64,000 nucleotides of DNA from Candidatus Moraniibacteriota bacterium (GCA_016699875.1 CP064989.1:186297-250296); one strand, 5' to 3'. Shown: positions 39,380 through 50,117, numbered from the stretch's first letter. Numbers and translations: made by a program. Notes: a model not told the origin generated them from the sequence alone.

Positions 39380-40864
39380 ATGAGTCCGATCCGTCGGCGT
39401 ATATTCTTTTGGTCGCTTGCGATCACATTCCTCATCACCACTCCCATTCTCATTCTCTTTCTCATGGGGTATCGCTATAGTTTCGAGCGGGGTATCTTTA
39501 TATATACCGGCTCCATCTCCATCCAAGCGAACCCCACACAGAATCTCGACATACAAATAGACGGAAAATCTGTGTCCGCAGACAGCAATCGCCTCAACAA
39601 TTCCTACCATGTCGAAGGAATCCTTCCCGGAAAACATGCTGTCACCGTCTCTGCGCCCGGATTCAGTACCTGGTCCAAAGAAGTCACCATTCGAAGCGGC
39701 ATCGCCACGGAATTTTGGAATGTACTCCTCGCTCGAACCGCCTACCCGCAAGAAACCCTTGCATCATTCGAAGGCGGAGAGGCATTCTTTCCGCTTCCGC
39801 AAAAAAATCTCATCGCGGTCATATCTGAAAGAGACCGGGAAACAACCGTCGTGATTCTCAACACGATAACCGGAGATCAACAGCAAATCTTTAGCACGAC
39901 CGACTTCTTTCTTGACAAGGACACCCAGAGAAGCGCGCTCCGATGGTCGCCCAAGGACGCCACGTTCATACTTCTCTCCCTCCTCTCCCGAGAAACACAC
40001 GAAGAGCATACTTTTCTCATTCGGACGGACATTCCGGCAACAACCGATATCAAAGATATTGTCGGGGTCCCACATCCACAGGAAGCGAAATGGAGCTCAA
40101 ACGCAGCTATGATTTTCTTCCTTTCGGGAACAACACTCTTTACACTCCCCATAAACACACCCCTCAAAGAAACCGCGCTTTCGGAAAACATCGAATCATT
40201 TGACACTGTGGGCAACACTCTCATCACGCTTCAACCAAAAACCGGCATACTGTACCGATTCCCAAGCGGAAATCCCGCGGATAAACAGCAAATCACAACA
40301 ACACCACCGGAAGGTTTTTCGCCGGAATACGAGGCGTCTTTTTCGCTCATCGCATACGATGAAACAAGAATAGCCCTTCTGAATCACGCAACGGGAGATC
40401 TGTTCCTCTTCAACGAGGGGCCAACGGGAGAGTGGTACAAAAGTCTCTCGAAGAACGCAAAAGGCGCGCAATTCTCCGATGATGGAAAGAAACTCCTCTA
40501 TTGGACTGACTGGGAGATATTCGCATTCTTCACGCGGAAATGGGAGGTGCAACCTGTCCGCGAAGCAAATGATCGGATCGATATTGGAAGATTTTCAAGC
40601 GCCATACATGACGTTCAGTGGACCAAAGACTATGAACATGCCGTCTTCTTCTCCGGAAATGATATCAAAACCATTGAACTCGACGATCGAGGAAGTCGGG
40701 ATACGCTGACCATCACCAGTCTACCCGACACGCCATTTCAACTGTCAAGCATCGGAACAAAAAACGAATTGCTCTTTCTCTTCCCCGACACCGCATCCAG
40801 CGCAACAACACTCACTTCGATCACTTTCCCGGAGCCAATCAGCTTCTTCGGATTCGGACAATAA
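39380..40864 (+). CDS. membrane-anchored protein with PEGA-like domain and a C-terminal TolB-like beta-propeller region
   Basis: N-terminal TM (IFFWSLAITFLITTPILILFLMGY). PEGA-like GKHAVTVSAPGFSTWSKEVTI. Repeated aromatic/Asp turn motifs. Confidence 0.65.
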   Translation: MSPIRRRIFFWSLAITFLITTPILILFLMGYRYSFERGIFIYTGSISIQANPTQNLDIQIDGKSVSADSNRLNNSYHVEGILPGKHAVTVSAPGFSTWSKEVTIRSGIATEFWNVLLARTAYPQETLASFEGGEAFFPLPQKNLIAVISERDRETTVVILNTITGDQQQIFSTTDFFLDKDTQRSALRWSPKDATFILLSLLSRETHEEHTFLIRTDIPATTDIKDIVGVPHPQEAKWSSNAAMIFFLSGTTLFTLPINTPLKETALSENIESFDTVGNTLITLQPKTGILYRFPSGNPADKQQITTTPPEGFSPEYEASFSLIAYDETRIALLNHATGDLFLFNEGPTGEWYKSLSKNAKGAQFSDDGKKLLYWTDWEIFAFFTRKWEVQPVREANDRIDIGRFSSAIHDVQWTKDYEHAVFFSGNDIKTIELDDRGSRDTLTITSLPDTPFQLSSIGTKNELLFLFPDTASSATTLTSITFPEPISFFGFGQ

Positions 40865-40883
40865 ACAACGGAAACGAAACGAA

Positions 40884-41936
40884 TTAGCGAGTTTCGTCCT
40901 CAAGCGTAAGAAGTCCCGGGAGCGGATCGCCACTTAAGAATTCAAGCATAGCACCACCGCCCGTCGACACGAAAGAAATTTTCTGAAATAGTCCCGCTTC
41001 TTCAAGAGCAATGATCGTTTCTCCACCGCCAACAATCGAAAAAGCGCCGCTCTCAATAATGCTCGCGAGCGTCATATGTGTCCCCGCGGCATATTCGGGG
41101 TTCTCAAACTTTCCCAGAGGGCCATTCCAAACGACGGTTTTCGCCTTGAGTATCTCATCACGAAAGCGAAGAAGCGTCTTGCTACCGATATCCTGCCGCT
41201 CAGGAGCGTAGTCTTCCGGAAGGAGCACCTTGTCTGAGAATGATATATGTTCATCTTGCGCCTCACAGGCTACCTTTCCTGCCACAAGCACGCAGTCATA
41301 TTTCTCTTCGAACATACGAATAATCGGCAGTTTTGTCTCTATCTTCGCGCCACCGATAATCGCCACCGCCGGGCGAATCGGCCGTTCTCGCGCATCGGTC
41401 AAGTGCTTCACTTCATCCAAGAGATGCAACCCGGCGAAGCTGGGAAGAAACTTCGTAACACCCGTCACACTTGCCTGGTCACGATGACAGACGCTAAAGG
41501 CATCATTCACAAAGACATCAAAGGGCGCGGCAAGCGCCTGCGCAAACGCCGGATCATTCGCTTCGTCACCCGGGAAGAACCGGACATTCTCCAAGAGGAG
41601 AATTTCGCCCTCAGCGAGATCTTCCAAACTTGATTCGACGCCATCGCCGATACAGCTCTCCGAGAAACGCACCGTGCGCGCCAATATTCGCTCCACATCA
41701 TCCACAATATGTCGGACTGAAAATGAGTCATCCGGCTTCCCGTTCGGACGACCAAGATGCGTCGCAAGCGCCACCCTCGCTCCTTGCGACAATAGGTATT
41801 CGACCGTGTGATGCGCTGCCGCCACTTTGTATTTCTCCTTCACGTCTTGACTCTCATTCAACTCGACATTGCAATCCACTCGAACCAAAACCTTCTTACC
41901 CGCCACATTCGCATCCCGAACACTTCGAAGATTCAT
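40884..41936 (-). CDS. pgk: phosphoglycerate kinase
   Basis: KKVLVRVDCNVEL, ATHLGRPNGKP, and C-terminal domain with GGGETI-like GGGAMLEF. Confidence 0.9.
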   Translation of the reverse strand: MNLRSVRDANVAGKKVLVRVDCNVELNESQDVKEKYKVAAAHHTVEYLLSQGARVALATHLGRPNGKPDDSFSVRHIVDDVERILARTVRFSESCIGDGVESSLEDLAEGEILLLENVRFFPGDEANDPAFAQALAAPFDVFVNDAFSVCHRDQASVTGVTKFLPSFAGLHLLDEVKHLTDARERPIRPAVAIIGGAKIETKLPIIRMFEEKYDCVLVAGKVACEAQDEHISFSDKVLLPEDYAPERQDIGSKTLLRFRDEILKAKTVVWNGPLGKFENPEYAAGTHMTLASIIESGAFSIVGGGETIIALEEAGLFQKISFVSTGGGAMLEFLSGDPLPGLLTLEDETR

Positions 41937-41998
41937 AAACGGAAAAGTTAGGAGTTACCAAATCGATATCAATAACACACAGAAAACGTAAATACCTG

Positions 41999-43108
41999 TC
42001 AATGATACCGCCCCATACCGAGGATAGCGACAATAGTACCGAGGACAGCGGTAATGACCGTGAATATCCAAGCGCGCATAACAACCTTCGGCTCAGGCCA
42101 ACCAAGCGCTTCAAAATGATGATGCATCGGCGCCGCTAGAAAAATTTTCCGTTGAAAAAACTTTTTACTGAAAAGTTGGATCGCCGCACTTCCGGACTCG
42201 AGCACGTAGATAAATACGATGATAAAGAGTGCGAGCGCCGAATTCGTAAGCATAGCAACCACTCCAAGCGTAAGTCCCAACGACACGGCGCCGGTATCTC
42301 CCATAAAAAATCTCGCCGGGTAAATGTTAAACCACAGAAATGCCAAAAGCGCGCCGGAAATCGCCGAACAAAACGCCGCAAGATCCATTTTGTTTTGAAA
42401 AAATGCGATCAACGCAAAAGATCCGAATGCCATCAGAAGAATGCCTCCATTCAATCCATCGAGTCCATCGGTTTCATTGGATGAAATAGCCGCGAAAAGA
42501 ATTATGAATATAAAAACCGGGATATACCACCACCCGATTGAGAAATCACCGACAGCAGGAACATGAATACGATCCCAACCGAGCTTGGCATAAAACCACC
42601 ACGCACCGGTCCCGGCAATCGCAAAGAGCCACCAGAATCTCATAAGAAAACGCATGCCGCCACCCTTGTTTTTTCCAATACCTCGAACGCTCATCCAATC
42701 GTCGAGAAGCCCTAAAAGCCCTCCGGCCGTAAGCGCAAAAAGCGGTAACCATACCTGAGCCCGACTGAAGAAATCAAGCCGCGCAATAAAATTTTTCCCG
42801 GAAAATTCCGCAATCGCAGGAAACACGAAGTGAGAATACAACACTAAGACAGCCACAGAAAACCAGACGATCACGCCTCCCATCGTCGGCGTTCCGGCCT
42901 TCCCGGCATGCAGAGAACTCACCACGGTAAGCTTATCACCCGAAACGCCATGATCTTTAATGCGAATGCCGATTTTGTTCCGGTAGAGGATATGTGTCCA
43001 TAAGGGCGTCAAAAAGAAGGCGGTACAAAACGCCAGAAGTCCCGTTACCAAGATTTTGAGCACATGTACCACCTCAGGAATGGTCTGTATGTCGGATACT
43101 TGCACCAT
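41999..43108 (-). CDS. mraY: phospho-N-acetylmuramoyl-pentapeptide transferase MraY (start probably MVQVSD; ORF extends to 43180)
   Basis: Ten TM segments. NAINFIDGLDGLAAG-like DGLDGLNGG and the PMHHHFE motif. Confidence 0.9.
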   Translation of the reverse strand: MVQVSDIQTIPEVVHVLKILVTGLLAFCTAFFLTPLWTHILYRNKIGIRIKDHGVSGDKLTVVSSLHAGKAGTPTMGGVIVWFSVAVLVLYSHFVFPAIAEFSGKNFIARLDFFSRAQVWLPLFALTAGGLLGLLDDWMSVRGIGKNKGGGMRFLMRFWWLFAIAGTGAWWFYAKLGWDRIHVPAVGDFSIGWWYIPVFIFIILFAAISSNETDGLDGLNGGILLMAFGSFALIAFFQNKMDLAAFCSAISGALLAFLWFNIYPARFFMGDTGAVSLGLTLGVVAMLTNSALALFIIVFIYVLESGSAAIQLFSKKFFQRKIFLAAPMHHHFEALGWPEPKVVMRAWIFTVITAVLGTIVAILGMGRYH

Positions 43109-43122
43109 AATGACCCTTTTAA

Positions 43123-44190
43123 TTAACGCCAATAGTGAGACTGGAATGCCCACGAAAACATCTTCTTGATACTGGTCCATCGCTCCGGATCGTTCAGAAC
43201 AACGGAAACTACCTTATGCTGCCGGTCCGGATCAAACGAAATCGCCAAAAGCGAATACCCGGCAAGTGGCGTAAAACCTGTCTTAGTGCCAATAAGATGC
43301 GAGTCCTCACCAAGCAATACATCCGTATTAAATATATCGTGCGAATATCTTCCGTCACTCGATATAATCGTCGTGCCGGGCGTTCGCGCCAACTCCCAAA
43401 TAATATCATACTTGAGCGCTTGAGAAGCAATACGCGCAATATCAAACGCCGAAGAATAGCAGCTCGATTCCCGTCCATCCGGTTCAAGTCCCGACGGTGT
43501 ACAGAAATGCGTGTCCAAGAGTCCCAAAGCTCGTGCCCGAGCATTCATAAGCTCCACAAAAGCATCAACTGACCCAGCGGTATGCTTGGCAAGCGACTGC
43601 GCCGCATCATTCGCGCTATTCATCAACATCGCCATCAGGAGACTCCGCACGGATATCTCTTCACCGACATGCAACCGAACACCATTGCAGAATCCCGTTC
43701 GAGGGCAACCTATTCTCGTCCCCTCAACTGCGATCATTTCTTCATCAATCTTCACAGGCTCATCCAAATTCTGAGTATGTTCAACCACCAATATCGCCGT
43801 CATGAGTTTCGTCAAAGAAGCAATCTGGCGCTCTTCATGAGAATTCTTCTCCTGCAGAACAATGCCGGACTCAGCATCCATCACAACACTTGCATGCGCC
43901 GACGGAAGCGCCAGATCATACACGCCTTCCTTCCGAATCGGGCGGAATTCCGCCGCATGATCCCTCGATTCGAATGATATCGGGGAAAAAGTGTCTTTCT
44001 CATCCGAGACGCCAGCCACCTCCGGAACTGACTTCTGAATATCACCATGAGACTCCCGTCCAAGAGGATCATCGGCACCTGAAAAAAGTTTTTCCTTCAC
44101 AAAAAACACGCCGCAAAACAAAACGAGAAGCGCGAACGCTTTCAAAGAAGCGGCAAAAAACCGTGCGGAGAGAGAATGTCCTGAATTCAT
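43123..44190 (-). CDS. dacA: D-alanyl-D-alanine carboxypeptidase (S11 family, PBP5/6-like)
   Basis: Signal peptide, SLTKLMT (SxxK), MNSANDAA (SxN), and KTGFT (KTG) motifs. Confidence 0.85.
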   Translation of the reverse strand: MNSGHSLSARFFAASLKAFALLVLFCGVFFVKEKLFSGADDPLGRESHGDIQKSVPEVAGVSDEKDTFSPISFESRDHAAEFRPIRKEGVYDLALPSAHASVVMDAESGIVLQEKNSHEERQIASLTKLMTAILVVEHTQNLDEPVKIDEEMIAVEGTRIGCPRTGFCNGVRLHVGEEISVRSLLMAMLMNSANDAAQSLAKHTAGSVDAFVELMNARARALGLLDTHFCTPSGLEPDGRESSCYSSAFDIARIASQALKYDIIWELARTPGTTIISSDGRYSHDIFNTDVLLGEDSHLIGTKTGFTPLAGYSLLAISFDPDRQHKVVSVVLNDPERWTSIKKMFSWAFQSHYWR

Positions 44191-44789
44191 GTGTTTTTCT
44201 TTTTTTCATCAGCAAACCCCTGCTCCCGAGGATTCCCTTCATTCGAGCCGGCAACAATCGTCAGAAGGCGTTCATCCTTTGAAAGAGTTTCGAAATCCGG
44301 CAGCTCTGAACGACATGATACTCCTATTGTTTCCAGAAATGTCAGTGTCGGACCATACAGATACCCCCGAGCATCATCCGGGTTCCCACGACGCTCAACA
44401 AGACCACGCAAAAGAAGATTACGAAGCGTCATAGCCGAATTCACCCCGCGAATCGCATCGATCTCAGCGCGACCAATCGGCCCGCGATAAGCAACGATGG
44501 CGAGCGTCTCCAGTGCCGCCCGAGAAAGAGTGCTCTCGCGTTCGCTCCGGACAAATCGCTCAACAAATGCCGCGCAATCCGGATGACTCGTCAGCACGAC
44601 ACCATCTCCCTGACGGATAAGAAAAAGCCCCCGAGCATCTTCCACATATGTTTTTTGCAAAACTTCCAACGCCGCCTCCATATCTTCTTCGGGAACCTCC
44701 GCAACCTCAGCCAGCCGGGAAACAGAAACCGGATCTCCCGAGACAAAGAGAAGGGCTTCGACAATTGATACTGTTTTCCGTATGTCCAT
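44187..44789 (-). CDS. scpB: segregation and condensation protein B
   Basis: Tandem wHTH. SRAALETLAIVAYRGPIGRAEIDAIRGV. Confidence 0.85.
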   Translation of the reverse strand: MDIRKTVSIVEALLFVSGDPVSVSRLAEVAEVPEEDMEAALEVLQKTYVEDARGLFLIRQGDGVVLTSHPDCAAFVERFVRSERESTLSRAALETLAIVAYRGPIGRAEIDAIRGVNSAMTLRNLLLRGLVERRGNPDDARGYLYGPTLTFLETIGVSCRSELPDFETLSKDERLLTIVAGSNEGNPREQGFADEKKKNT

Positions 44790-44798
44790 AGAAAAACA

Positions 44799-45527
44799 CT
44801 ACATGGGATTGACGGCTTTCCGGAAACGAATCTCTCCAAAAAGTTCGCCCTGATTGACCTTGAACGTCCTTCGCCTCACCAGCTCAAGAAGCGCAAGGAA
44901 GGAAACGACCACTTCGATCCGATCACGAGATTCAGCTGCGATATCGGAAAATGCCGCCTCCACACACTGTTCTATTCGCGATTCAAGAAATGAAACACGC
45001 TCTTCAAGAGTTACCACTTCTTCAACAATCCGCTCGTCCAGAGATACCGGCAACGGGATCGATCCCAACACTGCAGAGAACGCATCACGGATACCCGGAG
45101 CACTTACATTGGATGGCAGAGCGAAAACATCGGGCACATTCACAAACGACTCCCGATGGAATCCCCGATGTCCCAAGAGAAAGAGACTTCCCAATCTTAT
45201 CGAAGCTTCTTTGTACCGCTTGTATTCGCGCAAACGCCATTCAAGATCTTCTATCGACTCTTCCTCCTCCTCAGTAAACGATAAGACTGGCAACAGTGCT
45301 CGTGATTTAAGCAAGAGAAGCCGCGAAGCAACCGAGAGAAACTGGGAAAGATGCGGGAGTGCAACATCGTCTTCCTGCGCAATATGCTCCAAATATTGGT
45401 CAGCAACTATCGAAAGCGCAAGACGAGTAACATCGAGCTTCTCCTTTTCTATAAGCGAGAGAAGAAGCGGCAAAGGTCCTTCGAATTGCTCCAGCCTCAC
45501 TTGATACATGGCAAAACAACTCAGCAA
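44799..45527 (-). CDS. scpA: segregation and condensation protein A
   Basis: YQVRLEQFEGPLPLLLSLIEKEKLDVTRLAL is the ScpA N-terminal signature. Upstream of scpB. Confidence 0.85.
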   Translation of the reverse strand: MLSCFAMYQVRLEQFEGPLPLLLSLIEKEKLDVTRLALSIVADQYLEHIAQEDDVALPHLSQFLSVASRLLLLKSRALLPVLSFTEEEEESIEDLEWRLREYKRYKEASIRLGSLFLLGHRGFHRESFVNVPDVFALPSNVSAPGIRDAFSAVLGSIPLPVSLDERIVEEVVTLEERVSFLESRIEQCVEAAFSDIAAESRDRIEVVVSFLALLELVRRRTFKVNQGELFGEIRFRKAVNPM

Positions 45528-45631
45528 TTAACATCAAAACACAGAAAAGACAACAAGACGAGTCACTCAAAGAAAAGAGCGCGATTCATCATGATAGCTG
45601 CCCCGGTATGCGGACTTTATTGTACCACAAC

Positions 45632-45673
45632 GCCAAAAGAGAAACCAAAAGCCCACCTGTTTCAAGCGGGCTT
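45632..45673 (-). terminator. rho-independent terminator (minus) after rplA: aagccc..gggctt stem with a long U-rich tail
   Basis: Read from sequence. Confidence 0.45.
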
Positions 45674-45710
45674 CCATAAGAAATACTGAGAGAGGGCAAG
45701 TATTTGGCTA

Positions 45711-46403
45711 CTAGATCTGCACTCGAATGCCAGGACTCATAGTGGTTGTCAGAGTGGCAGAAACAATAAGTCTCCCCTTCAGTCCTTCCGGCTTCAGGCG
45801 TTGCACTGTCTCGGCAAAAGCCGTGATATTTTCGGCCAGCTGCTCTGCAGACATTGATACTTTTCCGACCGCCTGGTGAATATTTCCGGAGTCATCCGTC
45901 TTAAAACTCGCTTTATTCCCTTTCTTGAGCGCCATCACCGCATCCTGAATCTTTGTCGTCACCGTTTCGTTTTTCGGGTTCGGCATCAGTCCCTTCGGTC
46001 CCAATATTTTCGCAATCTGCGCAAGTTTTGGCATCATTTCCGGCGTCGAGAGAAGGATATCAAAGTCCGTCCCCGGCAACACTTTTCCTTCCTTGATATC
46101 AGCAATCATCTCCTCGCCACCGACCATGTCCGCCTTCGCCGCCTTTGCCTCCGATCCTTTGGACGACGTGATCACTGCGACTTTCTTGGACTTGCCCAAA
46201 CCGTTCGGGAAGACAATAGTCCCTCGAACCAGCTGATCCGTCTTCTTACGGTCAATGCCGAGATGAAAGTGCACTTCAACCGTCTCGTCAAACTTCGCAA
46301 TCGGCGATTCACAAAGAAGCGCGAGGGCTTCGTTCACCTCATACACCTTGCCCTTCTCAATTCGCTCGGCAAGTTTCCGGTATTTCTTTCCTTGTTTCAT
46401 AAT
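45711..46403 (-). CDS. rplA: 50S ribosomal protein L1
   Basis: KFDETVEVHFHLGIDRKKTDQLVRGTIVFPNGLGK matches L1. Confidence 0.9.
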   Translation of the reverse strand: MMKQGKKYRKLAERIEKGKVYEVNEALALLCESPIAKFDETVEVHFHLGIDRKKTDQLVRGTIVFPNGLGKSKKVAVITSSKGSEAKAAKADMVGGEEMIADIKEGKVLPGTDFDILLSTPEMMPKLAQIAKILGPKGLMPNPKNETVTTKIQDAVMALKKGNKASFKTDDSGNIHQAVGKVSMSAEQLAENITAFAETVQRLKPEGLKGRLIVSATLTTTMSPGIRVQI

Positions 46404-46465
46404 CATGTCGTGGTACGATCGTTCCACTCAATGAGTGAAACTCCCACACAAACAAATATTATCTA

Positions 46466-46888
46466 TTATCCTTGAATCTTAATGCCCATACTTCGTGCCG
46501 TTCCGGCAACTACTTTCATAGCTGCATCGACATCATTCGCATTCAAATCCACCATCTTCGCCGTTGCAATATCGCGCAGCTGATCATTCGTAATAGAACC
46601 CGCCGTATCTTTCAGAGGGTTTGCCGCACCTTTCGATGCTTTTGCCGCTTTCTTGAGAAGCTCTGCTGCCGGAGGAGTCTTCAGAACAAAGGTAAATGTC
46701 CGATCTTCGAACACCGTAATCTCCGCCGGAATAATATCCCCCATCTTATCTTTGGTTGCTTCGTTGAATTTAACACAGAAGTCTTGGATATTAAGACCGT
46801 GCTGACCCAACGCCGGTCCAATTGGCGGTGCCGGATTCGCCTTCCCCCCGGGAATCTGAAGTTTGAGAACTGTCTTAATATTTGCCAT
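46466..46888 (-). CDS. rplK: 50S ribosomal protein L11
   Basis: [38 protein letters not shown]. Confidence 0.95.
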   Translation of the reverse strand: MANIKTVLKLQIPGGKANPAPPIGPALGQHGLNIQDFCVKFNEATKDKMGDIIPAEITVFEDRTFTFVLKTPPAAELLKKAAKASKGAANPLKDTAGSITNDQLRDIATAKMVDLNANDVDAAMKVVAGTARSMGIKIQG

Positions 46889-47034
46889 AAGGAAAAATTA
46901 AATCTCTACCGTCTCGTTCCAATATCCGGAAGAAGCGTCCGAATGCTAAAACTCGAAAATACCTACAAGGGCAGAACTCTATTCAAATCCAATCCAACTC
47001 AATCAAGCCAGGATACATCTCGTGTGCCACAACG

Positions 47035-47580
47035 CTATACCTTTTTGATTTGAAGGAAATCCAGCTCAACCGGCGTCTCGCGACCGAAGAGAGAAACAAG
47101 AACTTTTATCTTTCCCTTCGCATCATCCGTCTCCTCTACCTTTCCATCAAAGTTCTTAAATGGACCGTCTACAATCTTTACGGGATCACCCTTTCGTACA
47201 TCGATCTTAAACTTCGGCTCCTCGACACCCATGCGCTTCTTGAGCGCTTCGATTTCCTTCGGATCAACCGGCGTCGGCGTTGTTCCAAGACCGATGAAGC
47301 CGGTCACATTTGGCGTATTGCGCACCACATACCATGAAGCATCCGTCACGATCATGTCCACAAGAATGTAGCCCGGATAAATACGCTCCTCCACCACCGT
47401 GCGCTTGCCATTCTTCATGTTTATCTTCTTCTCTTTCGGAACCATGACATCGAAGATAAACTCCTGCATGCCCATGGATTCTATACGTTGATTGAGATTT
47501 CGGCAGACATTATCCTCATATCCGGAATAGGTATGAAGCACGTACCACGCCCGTCCATGATGTTGTGTTTGCTTTGCCAT
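47035..47580 (-). CDS. nusG: transcription termination/antitermination factor NusG (start MAKQTQ; the ORF's upstream extension overlaps secE and is not coding)
   Basis: WYVLHTYSGYEDNV NGN domain. C-terminal KOW (KGDPVKIVDGPFKNFDGKV). Confidence 0.9.
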   Translation of the reverse strand: MAKQTQHHGRAWYVLHTYSGYEDNVCRNLNQRIESMGMQEFIFDVMVPKEKKINMKNGKRTVVEERIYPGYILVDMIVTDASWYVVRNTPNVTGFIGLGTTPTPVDPKEIEALKKRMGVEEPKFKIDVRKGDPVKIVDGPFKNFDGKVEETDDAKGKIKVLVSLFGRETPVELDFLQIKKV

Positions 47581-47603
47581 AGTAAAAATAAGAAAAATTC
47601 GTG

Positions 47604-47792
47604 CTACGCCCCAAGAATAAACTTCCGAAACAGTGCTCCAAAAAGCGCATCGAGTGTCCCGAGCAGTACCGCAACACACGCCGATACGGTCAGAACAATG
47701 AGCGTATATCGAATCACCTGTTTTCGCGACGGCCAATTGATTTTGAGAGCCTCCGCTTTCGCTTCGAGGAAATATTCGGTTATTTTTTGCAT
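47604..47792 (-). CDS. secE: preprotein translocase subunit SecE
   Basis: 62 aa with a single C-terminal TM. Conserved position upstream of nusG. Confidence 0.8.
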   Translation of the reverse strand: MQKITEYFLEAKAEALKINWPSRKQVIRYTLIVLTVSACVAVLLGTLDALFGALFRKFILGA

Positions 47793-48122
47793 AAATACGA
47801 GGAGAGAGACTCTTTACAGAAAAACACAAAAAGCTCATGCCCTCAAAAATCCCCTCATTTTTGGGTTTTTTAAAGAGCCCTTCCGGACTCCTGTGGGCTC
47901 TTCGTACGCTTCCAGAGTACTCGAAAATCCCCTTTCTGTCAAACGCCCGGTCAGAGAGACCCGGAGCGTTTCGTTTGATAGAGAACGCGCTGTATTCCCA
48001 TGCCTCGCTCTCATTCCGGATACCAACAAAACCCCGCCGAGAAACCTCCCGCTCCGCACCTTCTCCGCCAGCTGAAGAATCCGGTCGGAATGGCAGAAGA
48101 GATAACCAACAAACTGAACACT

Positions 48123-48653
48123 CTACGAAAATATCTCCGCCTCCTCGAGAAGATTTCTATAGAGCGCAAGAACTCGACGAGCCTCGCTTTGATCGAGAGA
48201 GAAAGCACGATCGTGCACAATACGATTCCGAATCTCATGAGCCTCAAGAAGCCCGCCAATCCCCGAAAAGTGCCCAGGATCAATTGATGCGAAACGCTCA
48301 CCGGCATCACTTCCTGAATATCCCATTTCAGCAAGCACCTTATCCACAAAAGCATCCGCCTCAAATACCGCCACTTTATATGCGGAGGGATTCCCGGATG
48401 AGAGACGCGATTCGATTTCCTTCCACTCCTTCAAAAGCCGGCCAGCCGACACCAGCGGTCGCTCTTTGGTTCCGAAGAATCCCTTCTTGAGATCGCCGCC
48501 GACTGACCGAAGCGAGAAGAGCAAGATAATATCCGCAAACAAAACGAGGCAATAAAGTCCCAGAAATCCTACCAGAAAGGAGAGTGTCGTCGAGGCCATA
48601 ACTGCCTCGAACACACTCTGCGCTATCGATACAATATCCCCGGACACATCCAT
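48123..48653 (-). CDS. hypothetical membrane protein (176 aa, N-terminal TM helices)
   Basis: Hydrophobic N-terminus and a soluble C-terminal domain. No motif recognised. Confidence 0.5.
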   Translation of the reverse strand: MDVSGDIVSIAQSVFEAVMASTTLSFLVGFLGLYCLVLFADIILLFSLRSVGGDLKKGFFGTKERPLVSAGRLLKEWKEIESRLSSGNPSAYKVAVFEADAFVDKVLAEMGYSGSDAGERFASIDPGHFSGIGGLLEAHEIRNRIVHDRAFSLDQSEARRVLALYRNLLEEAEIFS

Positions 48654-48668
48654 AAGCGCTACAACAAC

Positions 48669-50117
48669 TTACTGAAAACTTTGCTCAAAGGCATGTGCGG
48701 CGTTGAGCATTCCCTCTTCATCAAACCACTTTCCCATAAGTTGACCGCCAAGCGGAAGTTTCCGACCGCCCTCTTCCAGAAAACCGATAGGAAAGGAAAT
48801 AGCTGGCACACCCGTCAAGTTCGCTGTCACCGTATAAATATCCGAGAGATACATTGAAAGCGGGTCATTCGCTTTCGAGTCAAACGGAAATGCCGGCTCC
48901 GGCGCTGTCGGCGAAAAGATAAAATCAACATTTAAGAACGCTTGTTCAAATTCGCGCCGCAGGAGCGTCCTCACCTTCTGCGCTTTCGAATAATACGCGT
49001 CGTAGTACCCCGCCGAAAGCGCATAGGTGCCAAGCATAATACGACGCTTCACTTCCGTTCCGAATCCATACTGGCGCGTATCAAGATAGGTTTCAAACAA
49101 TCCGGACTTGTCCAGAATGGATATTTCTTCGTTATCGATTGAAAGCCCATAGCGTATACCGTCAAGCCGCGCCAGGTTGGAACTCACCTCGGCCGGCATG
49201 ATGATGTAGTAGGTCGGCAGCGCCAGATGACTCGACGGAAGCGATATCGGCACGATATCCGCTCCAAGGCTTCGGAACCGTTCAATCGCCCGCTCAGCGA
49301 CAGCGCGAACCGATACATCAAGCGCGTTGGAAAAATACTCCTTCGGAATACCGATACGCTTCCCGGTAATATCGCCTGAGAGAAAATGCTCGTAGAATTT
49401 CCCCCCGCTCTCAGCGCTTGTCGCATCTAGAGCGTCCTCCCCGGCGATACGCGAGAGCACGATCGCCGCATCTTCGACGGTCTGCGTCAGCGGTCCAATC
49501 TGATCAAGACTCGATGCCATAGCGATAAGCCCGTGCCGAGAAACCCGCCCATAGGTCGGCTTCAGTCCCACCACACCGCACAATGACGCTGGCTGACGGA
49601 TAGATCCACCCGTATCAGACCCGAGTGCAAACACAGCCATATTGCCCGCAACTGCCGCCGCGGATCCGCCAGATGATCCGCCGGGCACACGACTCGTATC
49701 CCGTGGATTCTTCGTCTTCTGATATGCGCTCGACTCGGTAGACGACCCCATGGCGAACTCGTCCATGTTCGTTTTTCCGAGAATGATCGCTCCGGCGCCA
49801 CGCAATTCTTTCACCACCGTCGCATCATATGGCGCGATATAGTTGTCGAGAATCTTCGAAGCAGCCGTCGTACGAACACCTTTCATGCACATATTGTCCT
49901 TGAGCGCACAGGGGATCCCCGCTAAGAGATCCGTTTCTTCTCCCTGTCGAATCCGCTCATCCACTTCATGCGCTTCTCGAAGCGCCGATTCTTTCATGAG
50001 CGTCAGATACGCGCCAATTTCGCTATCCCGTTTCTCAATCGCATCAAAATACCCCTCGGCAAGCCGCACCGCGGTCGTTTCTTGATGAAGAAGTTCTTTG
50101 TGAAGCGTACGAATCAT
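48669..50117 (-). CDS. gatA: Glu-tRNA(Gln)/Asp-tRNA(Asn) amidotransferase subunit A
   Basis: Amidase signature GGSSGGSAAAVA and the Ser-cisSer-Lys region (KDNMCMKG ... GSDTGGSIRQPA). Confidence 0.95.
   Translation of the reverse strand: MIRTLHKELLHQETTAVRLAEGYFDAIEKRDSEIGAYLTLMKESALREAHEVDERIRQGEETDLLAGIPCALKDNMCMKGVRTTAASKILDNYIAPYDATVVKELRGAGAIILGKTNMDEFAMGSSTESSAYQKTKNPRDTSRVPGGSSGGSAAAVAGNMAVFALGSDTGGSIRQPASLCGVVGLKPTYGRVSRHGLIAMASSLDQIGPLTQTVEDAAIVLSRIAGEDALDATSAESGGKFYEHFLSGDITGKRIGIPKEYFSNALDVSVRAVAERAIERFRSLGADIVPISLPSSHLALPTYYIIMPAEVSSNLARLDGIRYGLSIDNEEISILDKSGLFETYLDTRQYGFGTEVKRRIMLGTYALSAGYYDAYYSKAQKVRTLLRREFEQAFLNVDFIFSPTAPEPAFPFDSKANDPLSMYLSDIYTVTANLTGVPAISFPIGFLEEGGRKLPLGGQLMGKWFDEEGMLNAAHAFEQSFQ

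Noticed and set aside
47835-48059. 74-aa basic ORF upstream of secE as ribosomal protein L33
   Set aside because: Lacks the Cys pairs and conserved KxxK motifs of L33; frame overlaps hairpins. Likely non-coding.
47793-48122. tRNA-Trp upstream of secE
   Set aside because: Manual search for acceptor/T-arm/anticodon-arm geometry found only an ACTCGAA-containing segment that does not fold into a cloverleaf. No tRNA called anywhere in the window.
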